Shown: positions 49,941-61,666 of the stretch, piece after piece
Numbering within the stretch: the first letter of the stretch is position 1
Layout of the letters: the number at the start of each line of letters is the position of its first letter
Origin: Macrostomum lignano
Taxonomy: Eukaryota
Reading direction: 5' to 3'
Length of the DNA stretch: 64,000 nucleotides
Assembly (NCBI GenBank): GCA_002269645.1
Contig: NIVC01000276.1
Coordinates: 186,001 to 250,000 of the forward strand
Notes under the pieces: generated by a model
The model's database searches: none
What the model saw: only the letters and a program-made list of their open reading frames with translations
What the model was told of the DNA's origin: nothing
Made by a program: the position numbers and the translations under genes

Positions 49941-51545
49941 ATGATTGCCTGGAAACTTTTCCTACTGGCAATTCTCGCAGCAACAGCGAACGCACTTTTC
50001 AACGACAAAGCTGCGGGCCCGACTAAGGACCAGCGGCTGTTCTATGGAAAAGTTAGCCAAACTAGCAATTTTTTCGAAGAAATTCACGCCAGCGAAAGCT
50101 CCGTCAGCAGTCGCACGAGCTCTTTTAGCAGCGAAACAGCTCCGAAAGGCGGCAGTGGTCACACCAAGAGCTTGATCAGCGACGGTGCAGCTCCGAAAGG
50201 CGGCAGTGGTCACACCAAGAGCTTGATCAGCGACGGTGCAGCTCCGAAAGGCGGCAGTGGTCACACCAAGAGCTCGATCAGCGACGGTGCAGCTCCGAAA
50301 GGCGGCAGTGGTCACACCAAGAGCTCGATCAGCGACGGTGCAGCTCCGAAAGGCGGCAGTGGTCACACCAAGAGCTCGATCAGCGACGGTGCAGCTCCGA
50401 AAGGCGGCAGTGGTCACACCAAGAGCTTGATCAGCAACGGTGCAGCTTTAAAAGGCGGCAGTGGTCACACCAAGAGCTCGATCAGCGACGGTGCAGCTCC
50501 GAAAGGCGGCTGCGGTCACACCAAGAGCTCGATCAGCGACGGTGCATCTCCGAAAGGCGGCAGTGGTCACACCAAGAGCTTGATCAGCGACGGTGCAGCT
50601 CCGAAAGGCGGCAGTGGTCACACCAAGAGCTTGATCAGCGACGGTGCAGCTCCGAAAGGCGGCAGTGGTCACACCAAGAGCTCGATCAGCGACGGTGCAG
50701 CTCCGAAAGGCGGCAGTGGTCACACCAAGAGCTTGATCAGCGACGGTGCAGCTCCGAAAGGCGGCAGTGGTCACACCAAGAGCTTGATCAGCGACGGTGC
50801 AGCTCCGAAAGGCGGCAGTGGTCACACCAAGAGCTTGATCAGCGGCGGTGCAGCTCCGGAAGGCAACAGCAGTGGGAAAAATAACTTCAAGACCGTAAAT
50901 CGAGTCGTTGGTCAATCAAAGCCATTACAAATGGTCGGGGGCGGCAGCGTTCAAACAAAAAACGCTAGCCTTGGTCAAACTTCGACTTCAAGCGTAGTTA
51001 GTAAAAGTGGCCAAACAACCGTAAGCAGCGTGGAAAGAAGTTCTGAAGGTTTTAACAAAAGCGTCGATGGCGTAACTGAACGCATTAAGTATAAAGACGG
51101 TGATAATAACAAAAGCATTACTTTGTCTACAGTTAAAAGAAAAGTAGCAACAACCGAGCCAGCTACTGAGAAAGTAAGAGTAGAAAACGGAACTAGAAGA
51201 GTAGAATTCGGTGGAACAGCTGACCAACAGGCTGGCAGAGGCAGAATTCCTACAGAAGCATCATCGCCAAAGCCAGGCGTCACACCGTCCATCAAAAATG
51301 TTCTGGGGATCATCGCTGTGGCTTTATTGGTATTTACACTTATATTCTGTTGCATTTGGGCGTTTTGCTGTGCAAAGTTGAGCACCTGCTGTCAGTTGAG
51401 GAGCACCTCAATTCGAAGAAGATGCGACCCAACTAGAGAAGCCGGCTGCCTGCGCACCGAGGACAAGCTCTGCTCTGCATGTGCCAGTAAAAGTTTGCTG
51501 GCAAACGGTGACAGCGGGAAAAATCTGCTTAACAATCGTGCTTGA
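49941..51545 (+). CDS. Single-pass membrane protein with 14 x 17-aa Gly/Ser-rich ectodomain repeats and a Cys-rich tail, 534 aa
   Basis: Signal MIAWKLFLLAILAATANA; 51-bp repeats (KGGSGHTKS[L/S]ISDGAAP); TM VLGIIAVALLVFTLIFCCIWAFCC; unique coding sequence on both sides of the repeat. Confidence 0.82.
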   Translation: MIAWKLFLLAILAATANALFNDKAAGPTKDQRLFYGKVSQTSNFFEEIHASESSVSSRTSSFSSETAPKGGSGHTKSLISDGAAPKGGSGHTKSLISDGAAPKGGSGHTKSSISDGAAPKGGSGHTKSSISDGAAPKGGSGHTKSSISDGAAPKGGSGHTKSLISNGAALKGGSGHTKSSISDGAAPKGGCGHTKSSISDGASPKGGSGHTKSLISDGAAPKGGSGHTKSLISDGAAPKGGSGHTKSSISDGAAPKGGSGHTKSLISDGAAPKGGSGHTKSLISDGAAPKGGSGHTKSLISGGAAPEGNSSGKNNFKTVNRVVGQSKPLQMVGGGSVQTKNASLGQTSTSSVVSKSGQTTVSSVERSSEGFNKSVDGVTERIKYKDGDNNKSITLSTVKRKVATTEPATEKVRVENGTRRVEFGGTADQQAGRGRIPTEASSPKPGVTPSIKNVLGIIAVALLVFTLIFCCIWAFCCAKLSTCCQLRSTSIRRRCDPTREAGCLRTEDKLCSACASKSLLANGDSGKNLLNNRA

Positions 51546-52070
51546 CTTGACCTTCTTCATCCGAGGGCCGTCAGAGGCAGCTGAACAGGTACAGGAGTCG
51601 AGAGCTGTAAATAATTTTACTGTCCTGGTTATTCAGGCTGGAATTCTTTTATTTTATTTGACCTTCTTTATACTTGCTTACTTGCTTTCTCCACAAAACT
51701 TTACAGTATTTTAATAAAATACTTCGGTGTGAAACGCACTGCAGTTGACCGCAAACCAGCTTACTAGAAAATCCCAAACATTTTTTTAGTTTTTTTCTAG
51801 CTGATTTTTAACAAATAAAGTTTTCAAAAAGAGATTCGCCTTTCACAGAGTTTCGCGTTGAAATTGGTTGCTAAATATATTTGAAGGACGTTGAAGAAAG
51901 GCAAACAGGAACTGCATAAAATCGGAGAAATTGATTATCAAAAAAGTCAGTAGTTTAGCAGTAGTATCAATAGTGCAGTCAGAAAATGTACGCAGAAATT
52001 CCGAGCCGATGGAGCATGGACGAATTTCAGATTTGTTTAACTGGAGCTGCAGCGACCATTTTGCCTCAGC

Positions 52071-55000
52071 CTACTGCCCAGCACCGGCACGCAGAAAGGC
52101 CCGCAGGCAGTCGGCCATCAGGCAGCTTGACGGCCCGTCAGTCGATCCCCGTCGAGCTGGAGTCAGAGCTCGCCGCAGCAGAGCGGGTCCGTCGGCCAAT
52201 TCGTACGGATGGCGACGCTCGCCCGCCGAGGCGTCGTTGGGTTCAGCGACGGAGGCGCCGACTCCGCGAAAGCGCAGCAGCCCGGGGCTCTGTGACCCAG
52301 AAGGCCGCAGGGCCTCCAGTAGCCGCAGGAACCGCAAGGCTTCCCCGCCGGCAGAGCGCCAGCGCTGATCACGCGGCTCCAGCTGGCGCCCGGTCCAGCT
52401 GACCCCGGGGGTGGCAGTCACCACTCCGCAGACAGTTTGTGGCGCGGAGCGGCAGCCCATGGTGACCAGGAAGCCGCTGCCGCCATCAGCCAGTCGGAGG
52501 CTGACCCCAGCGAGTTCCTCGGCTGGTACAGTCCAGACGGCAGCCACTGGGCAGGAGGCGGTGACAGATTCAACAGCCGCGTCAACAGCGGCGGACAGCT
52601 CCGAAGGCGTCGACCCTTCTGAGATTGAAGGCAGCCGCCACAGGCAGAGCAGGTTGACCAGGTGGAGCCGGTCCCGGCAGACAAGAGCCAGCAGGCCGTG
52701 ACGCAGCGTCAGCTTCATCAGGTTGGCCAGCGGCTTATCGGCGCTGGCGAGAGTGGCGGCAGCCGCGGCTGCGACCTCTGTGGCCGGCCCGGCTGGCAGC
52801 GCCAGGGTGCCGGAGCCGAGAAACGGACGCTGCTGCGTCGACTCGCTTGCTGTTAGCCCGCGTTCCAGTGCCGCGACCAGCCAGGCGAAGCAGGCCTCGG
52901 CCGGGTCAGGTGCAGCCCGGCCGGCCGATTTGTCCGGTTCAACCTCCTCTCCATCGGCAACGAAGCCGCAGTGCAGGTAGCCGGTGCGGCTGCGGTTCAC
53001 GGACGGCCAGGTGGCCAGGGAGCACGCGGCCAGCAGCGTCTCTGGGCCGCGCGGCCGGCGCTGCATCATGTCGGTGGCCAGCTGCGTGAGCAGGTCCAGG
53101 TGCATCCAGGCGTCCGCTTTGGCCAGCATGCTCACCTGCAGGAAGACGGGAGACTTTACTGGATAGGCCAGTTGAGAGATATCCGTCTCCCTTGGTTTAA
53201 AAATGCCAGCACTAATTGCTTTACCTGTCACAGGTGCATCATGCACATCTAAACTATGAGTATAAGCTAAGACATTCAGACTGCTAATTTTCTTAATACC
53301 GGCTTTGTTCTGGGTGAATTTCCGGTGAATTTCATACGGATAGAGAGGACTAAAATGGCACAGGGTCCACTGTCTGCAGCAGCAAATGTTTGTGAGGCGA
53401 GAGGTTGAGCTAGCAGCGAGAAAGCGCCATCACATGGCCGGTTTCAGTCCTCACCCGATCGTCCACCATGCGCGCCGGACGGTCGGTGACGAGCTGAGCC
53501 TCGGCCAGCCGCGCCGAGTCCCTGGCCAGCTGCCAGGCGTGCTCGGCCAGCTGCAGGACGCCGCGAACGAAGCGAGTCGCTCTGGCCGCCTCGCCGCCGC
53601 TCCCGCTGCAGTGGCCGCGCAGCTGAGCGACCAGCATCGCCTGGCCGAGCGCGGCCAGGTCTGGCAGCGCCGACTCGACCGTCTCCACGTCCAACATGCA
53701 GACGCTGAAAGTCTGGCGCGAGACTGTCGAGGCTTTGTTGCCGCTGCCAACCAGACGGAGGCTGCCGACGCTGGCGGCCACCATGGCCAGGACGGCTTCG
53801 TCGCCAGTGTCTGCGGCGGGCAGCTCCAGGTAGGACCAGACCGACGGTGGCGGTCCCGCCGAGCTTGAGGCTTCGGCGCTGAGGAGTTTCAGCTGGCGAC
53901 GCAGCTCTTCGAAGGCGGCCTCCAGCGAGTCGGACAGCCGCTTGGCGCTCTGGCAGTGGCTCTGGCCCGACCGATCCAGCGGCGACGCCGACGGCCGCAG
54001 TAGCAGCAGCGGCAGTGGAGAGGCGCCGCCACCGCCGAATCGGGCGAGCCGGTCGAGCTGTCCGGACAGCCACCGGCGGAGGGTTGCGGCCTGCCTGCGC
54101 GAGTCCGGGTGCAGCTCCACCGCCGGCTGCTGCGTCTGCGGCTGCTTCGACATCGATGAGGGACCAATTGAGTCGATCAGAGGGAAATTGCGCCTCATCA
54201 GCAGCGGCAACTGGGCGCAGTGGCTCACGAAGGCCATCCGCTGGCGGGAGCCGCCGCCGCCGCTGCCAGCCGTCCAGTCAAGCAGCTGCTCGCACTGGCG
54301 AGACCCGGCGACCCGGCCGAACTCGTCCGCTCCCGTCCGCAGTGGACGAAGGCCGCCGCGCGACCGTCCAAGCCGCGTGACCAGAGTGAAGCTGCAGCAG
54401 GCACCGCCGGACTCGTCCTTCTCCACGCCGGAGAAGGCGGAGCCCTGCATCACGGGATGCAGCCAGCGGTCCAGCTCAGCCTCCGCCAGATTGCCAATGT
54501 CCGGTATGACGAACCAGTTCCACAGGTACTCCTGCACCGAGGTTAGAATTCTTGCGGAAGGTTTCAGGAATGAGATGGACTATATTATTGACTGACTGAC
54601 TGACTGACTGACTGACTGACTGACTGACTGACTGACTGACTGAATTTTAAAACAGTGGGATACTTCGTACTCTACAATGGCTACTTAAATACACGTGCAG
54701 AAATTTCAAGTCCTAACCATATACGAAGTAGATAGCAGATTCGAATGTGCAAAATTTATGTAGATAAAACGTACGTCACTGTGCATTCTAACCAAGCTAC
54801 AGCTAAAAATAGAATCAATTTTAGCATTCTGGTGCTTGGAACACCCCCATAAACAGTCGTTTGGCAACACAGTTTAACGCACCTCAGTTTCTGCGCAGAC
54901 GCCCCAGCAGCTGTCGATGGCTCCTGGAGCAGCGGCCGAGTGACGTCACCAGTGGGAGAGTAGAACAGCTGCGCCCGGCTGCCGCAGCAGGCCAGGTGCC

Positions 55001-56120
55001 GGCACTCGATGCCCAGGTGCTCGCACTCGGCGCCCTCCTCGGCCCACACGCCGGCCAGGTGAAATTTCAGGTGTCCTTCAAAGTCGGCGTAGAACTGGCC
55101 GGACCCGGCTGAGCCCTCAGAGGCGTCGGCAGCGGGAGGCGGCACGGAGTCCAGGCGACCTCGAGTCATCGGGCGGTACCAGGTGAGCGGCAGCAGCTGC
55201 AGGCTGGTGACCGCCCGGATGGAGTCCCCCGAGCCCGTGTGGCCCACGTGCTCGCTGCTGCCGGCCAGCAACAGCTTCCACTGGCAGCCGGGCAGCCGCG
55301 GCTCGAATCTGCCCAGGTAGGCGTCGAATTCTGCCGCGTGAGTGGCCCGCACCGGCCGCGGCAGCGACGACTTCGCTAGCAGGTGCAGCCGCCCGGTGGA
55401 CTTGCAGCAGGACAAGGCGCTGGGTGCCGCCGGGTCACTGGAGTATAACGGTCTTTGCTCAGCGACTAGAACCGTCAGCACCCATTCCACCACCCAAACC
55501 ACCACCACTACTCACCCCAGCACCCATTCCACCACTCACCCCAGCACCAATTCCACCACTCACCCCAGCACCCATTCCACCACTCACCCCAGCACCCATT
55601 CCACCACTCACCCCAGCACCAATTCCACCACTCACCCCAGCACCCATTCCACCACTCACCCCAGCACCCATTCCACCACTCACCCCAGCACCCATTCCAC
55701 CACTCACCCCAGCACCCATTCCACCACTCACCCCAGCACCCATTCCACCACTCACCCCAGCACCCATTCCACCACTCACCCCACCACCCACAGCACCACC
55801 CATACCACGGAATGGACAGTCAGCAACGGAACCCACCGATAGTACATATAGTAGTACTCGTCGCACTCGCAGAGAACCAGACGCTTTCTGTCGGTATGAT
55901 AGGCCACCTCCGGCTCCTCCAGCGCCGCGGGCACCACGCCGAGGTCGGCAGCCACGTCGGCAAGCGCAGCTTCGCGGCGCAGCTCGGCGGCGGGCACCAG
56001 CGGCTGGCAGCGATAGTCGGCGAGGCCCTGTGCGCAGCAGAACTCCGGTGCCTTGTAAAACGGCGCGGGACCAGCGTTGCCGTTGCTGTCCGAGTTGGCG
56101 CCTGGCCGGCGAGGCTTCAT
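52071..56120 (-). CDS. Unidentified ~1000-aa protein; probable exons 56120-55837, 55452-54883, 54550-53455, 53135-52071
   Basis: Four GC-rich open blocks joined by phase-compatible GT-AG introns (total 3015 nt). The exon 2 acceptor and the start codon are uncertain. No family was confidently recognised. Confidence 0.7.
54587..54643. repeat. (CTGA)n microsatellite in an intron
   Basis: Direct inspection. Confidence 0.95.
55478..55810. repeat. 24-bp minisatellite (CACCCATTCCACCACTCACCCCAG)n in an intron
   Basis: Direct periodicity. Confidence 0.94.
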
Positions 56121-56964
56121 GACGGCTTGGGCTGACGGACGGGACGAGATTGGCAGACGAAAATTCTTATCGATCAGCAAGCCGCAGAGAGAAAACTCGA
56201 GGGTGCAGTTGACAACTAATTGCCATAGAGTGCAGCGTTTCAGCTAGATCAGCTGATCTCACAGTTCCCGATTTTTACAGATATTTTTTCATTTCAAAAG
56301 ATTCATTAATAAAATTTTATTGAGGTTGATGCCATGGCAAGTTAAGCAAATTTAGCCGCGGTTAGTATTCGACTGAATAAGTTTACGTAACCCAACAACC
56401 TATGGAACGAAGTTCACTTGTCACTTGTCACTATTTATGCTATGCACTCCCTGACCCCTTTACCTGCACTCCCTGACCCTACCTGAACTCCCAGCACTGT
56501 CAATAATAGCTTACAATATCTCATGTCTGCTACACTCATCCCTCCCCTGATGATGCGAACGCGGCAGCTGGACGGAGACAGAGCCTCTGGCTCCCAATAA
56601 AATCTAGCAATCCCTTTGTTAATTCTTCCCAGCCCTGCATGCAGATGCAGAGTTGAAAAAGCCTCTGACACTCTATCAGATTCAGTAGAATAAAAATTCA
56701 GAAATATATGCTCGCTCTTCAACAGATCCTTCAAATCACCTGAAAGGCACCTGCTGCAAATTTCCCAATAAAATGTAAAAAACGAAAGCTGTTGCTGTCG
56801 AGTGTGACAACAAACTGCTCACTTTTATTTGACTAGTCAACCTTCTCAGCAGCAGAGAAGTCTATTTCTGCTATACCAGGTTTTCATGCTGAGACCATTG
56901 CGTCAATATGCGACTGAATGTTTTTTTAACAAAAGCAAAATTTTACTGATGACGTGGACTATAG

Positions 56965-57480
56965 AAAAATACAGCATACTACAGCACACTACAGCACACC
57001 ACAGTCCACTACAGCACACCGCAGCCGCAGCACACCACAGCACACCACAGCACACCACAGCTCACCACAGCTCATCACAGCTCATCACAGCACACCACAG
57101 TCCACTACAGCTCACCACGGCACACCACAGCTCATCACAGCTCACCACAGCTCACCACGGCACACCACAGCACACCACAGTCCATTACAGCACACCACAA
57201 CTCACCACGGCACACCACAGCACACCACAGCTCACCACGGCACACCACAGCACACTGCAGCACACTACAGCACACCACAACTCACCACGGCACACCACAG
57301 CACACTGCAGCACACTACAGCACACCACAACTCACCACGGCACACCACAGCACACTACAGCACACCACAGCACACTACAGCACACCACAGCACACTACAG
57401 CACACCACAGCACACCAAAGCACACCACAGCACACTGCAGCACACCACAGCACACCACAGCACACTGCAGCACACACTAC
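56965..57480. repeat. Degenerate 10-bp repeat (CACACCACAG)n
   Basis: Direct inspection; starts ~20 bp beyond the stop of the PAN/LamG gene. Confidence 0.9.
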
Positions 57481-57502
57481 AGCAGGCCACACCTGAAGTG
57501 AC

Positions 57503-58438
57503 TCAGTTACACAATCGGGCCAGTCCGCCAAGCTGCTCTGCGCTCAGCTTCCACTGAGCGATGCCGAAGCAGACTACGGTCCCGGACAGGCAGCCGTCAT
57601 CTCCGATTGATGAGTAGCCAAGTCGAATCTCCGAGTCAGCGGTCAGCTGGTCGAATCCCGAGCCATTCAGTTCGTAGAAACGGTCATCCAAGAAGACGAA
57701 AGCGCCGGTGACGTTGCTGGCGGCCACGGCCAGGAAGAACGCGGCGGGGTCGGCGTCCGTCTGCATGAACTGCGACGTCGCACTGAACTGCTTGCCCAGT
57801 GGTGCGTAGTTGAACGTCAGGGCTCCGTTGTACTCGTACAAGCTGGTCAATTTTGAACCAAGGTCAGAGTACATCTTCATGTAGACGTTTTTGGCCTTGT
57901 AGGGCCGTCGCACCTTCATGAAGAAGCTCACTGCTCTCTCTCCTTCGCGATCGATGAGCGCCGTGAGACCTCCCGGGATACTAAGCTTCAGGTATGACGT
58001 CATCCTCCCAGCAAAGTGCAGTCCGCTCGAGTCTCTCGTCACGTCGAAGCCCTCGGAGCTGATGCTCGCGCTGCCCGCCGCCTTCTCGAGCGACTCCCTG
58101 AAGTCGAAGAAGGCGAGGAGCTGCAGCAGGACGGGGGCCAGCGTGAGGCTGCTGCACTTGCCGAGTCCTCCCGAGGTCGACCAGAGCGACAGCTGTGAGA
58201 AGTCGGCAGCCAGAGAGCAGACGGAGTCTTTGAAGTGAGCCGCCTTGCACTTCGGCAGCCGCAGCGTGCACACTCGGATGCACTGGAGCTGGCTGGGCAG
58301 CTGCAGGAGCTCCGCTGCTCTCGGAGTGGGAGGGCACAGCTGAGTCCGCACCCACCGCCACCGGCTCGCGCAAGTGGGGTTCAAACCCCCGACCTCCCTC
58401 AAGGATAGAAGCAGCAAGCAAAAGCTCAGATTTATCAT
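57503..58438 (-). CDS. Secreted protein with a PAN/apple-like module and a concanavalin A/LamG (pentraxin-like) domain, 311 aa
   Basis: Signal MINLSFCLLLLSLREVGG; QCIRVCTLRLPKCKAAHFKDSVCSL fits the PAN C-x3-C...C.A..F....C.L pattern; FAGRMTSYLKL...VSFFMK...IRLG....LSGTVVCFGI....LS..QL fits a LamG-like beta-sandwich. Confidence 0.72.
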   Translation of the reverse strand: MINLSFCLLLLSLREVGGLNPTCASRWRWVRTQLCPPTPRAAELLQLPSQLQCIRVCTLRLPKCKAAHFKDSVCSLAADFSQLSLWSTSGGLGKCSSLTLAPVLLQLLAFFDFRESLEKAAGSASISSEGFDVTRDSSGLHFAGRMTSYLKLSIPGGLTALIDREGERAVSFFMKVRRPYKAKNVYMKMYSDLGSKLTSLYEYNGALTFNYAPLGKQFSATSQFMQTDADPAAFFLAVAASNVTGAFVFLDDRFYELNGSGFDQLTADSEIRLGYSSIGDDGCLSGTVVCFGIAQWKLSAEQLGGLARLCN

Positions 58439-58517
58439 GTTTCTTGGTGGAATTTATTGACTGACGAATTAAAAAAACATTGCAGAGACGTCTCACCATG
58501 AAGCAGTGGGTGCAAGC

Positions 58518-58568
58518 TTTATAGGAAAGTTAGATTGACCTGTTATTGGCTGAATTTCGGCAGCCAAT
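58518..58568 (-). promoter_or_regulatory. TATA box (CCTATAAA on the minus strand) and an inverted pair of CCAAT boxes upstream of the PAN/LamG gene
   Basis: TTTATAGG at 58518-58525; ATTGGCTG-8nt-CAGCCAAT at 58545-58568. Confidence 0.4.
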
Positions 58569-59357
58569 CATGGCCAGCTTCAAGGACCGCTGAATGACAG
58601 TAAGAGCACTTGAATTGTCCGAAGACCCACTTAGAGCAAAGGCGAGGTGCCAGTCAGGGAGCTCATGTGGGCCTCCCTGCAGCGTTGCTAGGGAAAAAAA
58701 AGCCTTCCTTCGAAACGGAAGATGAGCCGCTCCAGATTCATGCCAAATTGTGAAATAAGGTGCCCTAAAAATTTAGGTGACTGACAAAACTTGTATAAAA
58801 TCTGTGGTGCCGCATCCCAATATCCCAGGAAAATTCCATTTGGAAAACGCACAAGTTAGTTTTGTTTTATTTCCTGTTTCCAATAGTTAAGATTCTTAAA
58901 AAGCATCTCCATTTTTTACTTTGTCCTAAAAAATTTGCAGCAAAAGTTACTTAAAAATGAATAGAATATGTTACAAGTACGTATATACAAATTTTTTGAA
59001 AGCGTTTAAGTACATAATTGAATATAAGCCAAACTAAAAGCTTCAGGTTATGTAAGTAGTACGGTTGCAGACAAAATAATTTTACGAGCTAAGTGCGCAA
59101 TTTACTCGCAATTGGAAAAGTCATGTCTACGAAATAAGACAAGGGAGTCATGGTTATTCAAGAAAATTTGTCTACTTTTAGTAGTCATACTTCGAGCACT
59201 ATAGGAAATAGTATATAAAATGTATAAAAATTGTTCATATAATTTGACTGGATACTTAAATAGCATGATTAGCAGCTTTAAAAAGCAGCATGGAAGATCA
59301 ACATGTAATTAACAGAGATCAATGGCTACTTTTTCGATAAGTTTGCGGTTGCTGCCT

Positions 59358-61666
59358 TCAGTGTTCCAGCGTCTGCTGCTGCTGCTGCTCTTCCTTCTTG
59401 ATGAGTCGGTCGCCCTCAGTGGCATTCGTTGTCGCCGCCGCCTCCTGCAGAGACTCCACGGTTTCATTGTAGGCTCTCAAGCACCAGGGATTTGAGTCGA
59501 TGAAAGCGCGCAGACGACAGGGATAGTCGGTCATGACGCCCTCGCATCCGGCGCTGGGAATGTCGGTTTGTAATGAGGAGATGAGAGAGTCATTAGGAAT
59601 CGGGAGGATTCCAGTTCGTCGGGTGAAAACTATTTAAAGTTACATAAAGATTACTTCGACCAAGTTGGAACAATCTTTGATCAAGTACGAGTCTCTAGGT
59701 GTGTGTCAGGCGAGTATTGTACGTGCCAGGTGAGGTGTATGAAGAAAGTATCTGTATGAAGATAGTAGAAAAGAATTGAAGTGTACGCAAGTCCGTCAGG
59801 CGATAAGGCCTCACCGGAAGGCCCTGACGAACTGTTCCTCGGTGTTGGCCACCCAGGCAAAGGTGGGGATGCCCCGCAGCCTCAGGTGGCCAATCAGCAT
59901 GGGGGACATGATCAGACAGTCCAAGACCCAAAACAGGCCCCGCAGTAGGCAGCGCAGCGGGCATGGTACTCGGCGCCAGAACTCCTTGGCGCTGGGATCA
60001 AGGAACACTGACGGCATCGGCGGTTCGTAGTGAGTCTCAGAGATCGGCACGAACGGCAGCAGGCCAGTGACGAATAGCAGGAGCAGGAGGCCGATGCGAC
60101 GCAGAGAGAACAGGCGGGGCACCCGGGGCTCCAGGCGGGCCAGCTGGGTGACGATGCGGTGAGACCAGTTGCCCCACACTGTCACGTCGAGACGATTGTG
60201 CTCGCGAAGCATGCGCAGAATTGACTCCATGAGGTCGCGCCTGTAGTGAAGAAAGAACTTCGAGGTAAATTTTAAATAGAAAATGAAAAACCTAGCCTGT
60301 GGTGAAGCCTTCTTTGACTAATTTTCTCTGGAGTTCCAGCGAACATCACAGACATTGTGATCATTGTGGTCACACAGGATCTACAAAAAAATCAAGTTAA
60401 AGCTATGGCTGCATTGGGTTTTAAGTTGACATTACCGACCATTTAAATGCTTTAATCTCATAATTTTATTGATATTATCAACATCACTTCTGAGCCTTTT
60501 CAGTCATTCAGTAAATCATTTAATATTATTCATAGATTCACAATCTTGCCTTGCATTCGGTAGAATCTTACGATTGGAACCGAGTCCAAGGTCTTTTGGA
60601 TTCCTACCTTTAGGAGGCACTACCATCCAGTCTCAAAGGTCTATTAGCACAAGTTTACATACTGCAATCGAGTCCTAAATATCTACTTGCACAGTTGGTG
60701 CCAGACTGCTATCGAGTTCCAAAGCTCATCTAGCACAATTGGTGCCATACCGCTATCGAGTCCCAAAGCTCATCTAGCACAATTGGTGCCATACCGCTAT
60801 CGAGTCCCAAAGCTCATCTAGCACAATTGGTGCCATACCGCTATCGAGTCCCAAAGCTCATCTAGCACAATTGGTGCCATACCGCTATCGAGTCCCAAAG
60901 CTCATCTAGCACAATTGGTGCCATACCGCTATCGAGTCCCAAAGCTCATCTAGCACAATTGGTGCCATACCGCTATCGAGTCCCAAAGCTCATCTAGCAC
61001 AATTGGTGCCATACCGCTATCGAGTCCCAAAGGTCCTTTAGCACAATAAGCAGCTGTCACATGACTACTCCTTAGCCGATGGCGACTTCGGTGAGCTGTC
61101 TGTTAGTTGCCAGTAGAAAAGGCCGAACGAGGTTCAACCCAAGACATACGTGAGTTAGCTTGTCACAAAAATTACCGATCAAATTTGACATCGACGTTCA
61201 TTGGCAGGCCGGGAAACGCCCGCAGGACCTCCTCGAGCTTCGGTATGCGCCTATCAGTGCCGGACGCCATCTCCGCTCCGGGAGAGAACGTGATCCCCAG
61301 TCGTGCGCTGATTGGAGGCAGCTGGTCATAGTCCAGCTCATCGATTCGGCCTTCGCAGCCGCACAACCTGTCCAGCTGCTCATCGTGAGCAACTACTACG
61401 CAGCCGTCTCGAGTCATCTGGCAGTCCAGCTCGAGCATGTGGGTGCCGTGCTGCTCCACCGCCGCACGGAATGCCTCCATGGTGTTCTCGGCCAGCTCGC
61501 CCGCGCCGCCGCGGTGACTGATGTGGGCGGCCGCGAACGTCCTGCGCTTGCGCCGATGCAGAACGCTTGGGTAGCGCAGCAGAAGGCAGGAGATGGTGGC
61601 GTAGCCAAGCAGGCAGCCCCCCACCACTGCCGTCCACAGGTACCAAGCCTGTGCAAATGTTAGCAT
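59358..61666 (-). CDS. GDPD1: Lysophospholipase D, GDPD1/GDE4-like glycerophosphodiester phosphodiesterase; exons 61666-61176, 60240-59815, 59553-59358 (~370 aa)
   Basis: HISHRGGAGELAENTMEAF, MLELDCQMTRDGCVVVAHD, RIPKLEEVLRAFP, VTVWGN, LFVTGLLPFVPISE and GVMTDYP match GDPD1/3. Both introns are phase 2 GT-AG. The first Met may lie in an upstream exon (possible acceptor at 61649). Confidence 0.92.
60640..61050. repeat. 44-bp minisatellite (CTAGCACAATTGGTGCCATACCGCTATCGAGTCCCAAAGCTCAT)n in GDPD1 intron 1
   Basis: ~8-9 head-to-tail copies with no spacers. Confidence 0.95.

Noticed and set aside
51931-55112. Numerous plus-strand and alternative-frame ORFs over the 52-56 kb gene (and similar ones over WDR11 and SLC3A2-like exons)
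   Set aside because: Shadow ORFs expected in GC-rich coding sequence.
56823-56887. Possible first exon encoding a mitochondrial presequence for the 52-56 kb gene
   Set aside because: The ATG at 56887 hits TGA before the donor, and the donor-compatible frame has an upstream TAG and no ATG.
60640-61050. 44-bp repeats resembling a CRISPR array
   Set aside because: Head-to-tail copies with no unique spacers, inside a eukaryotic intron, and no cas genes.
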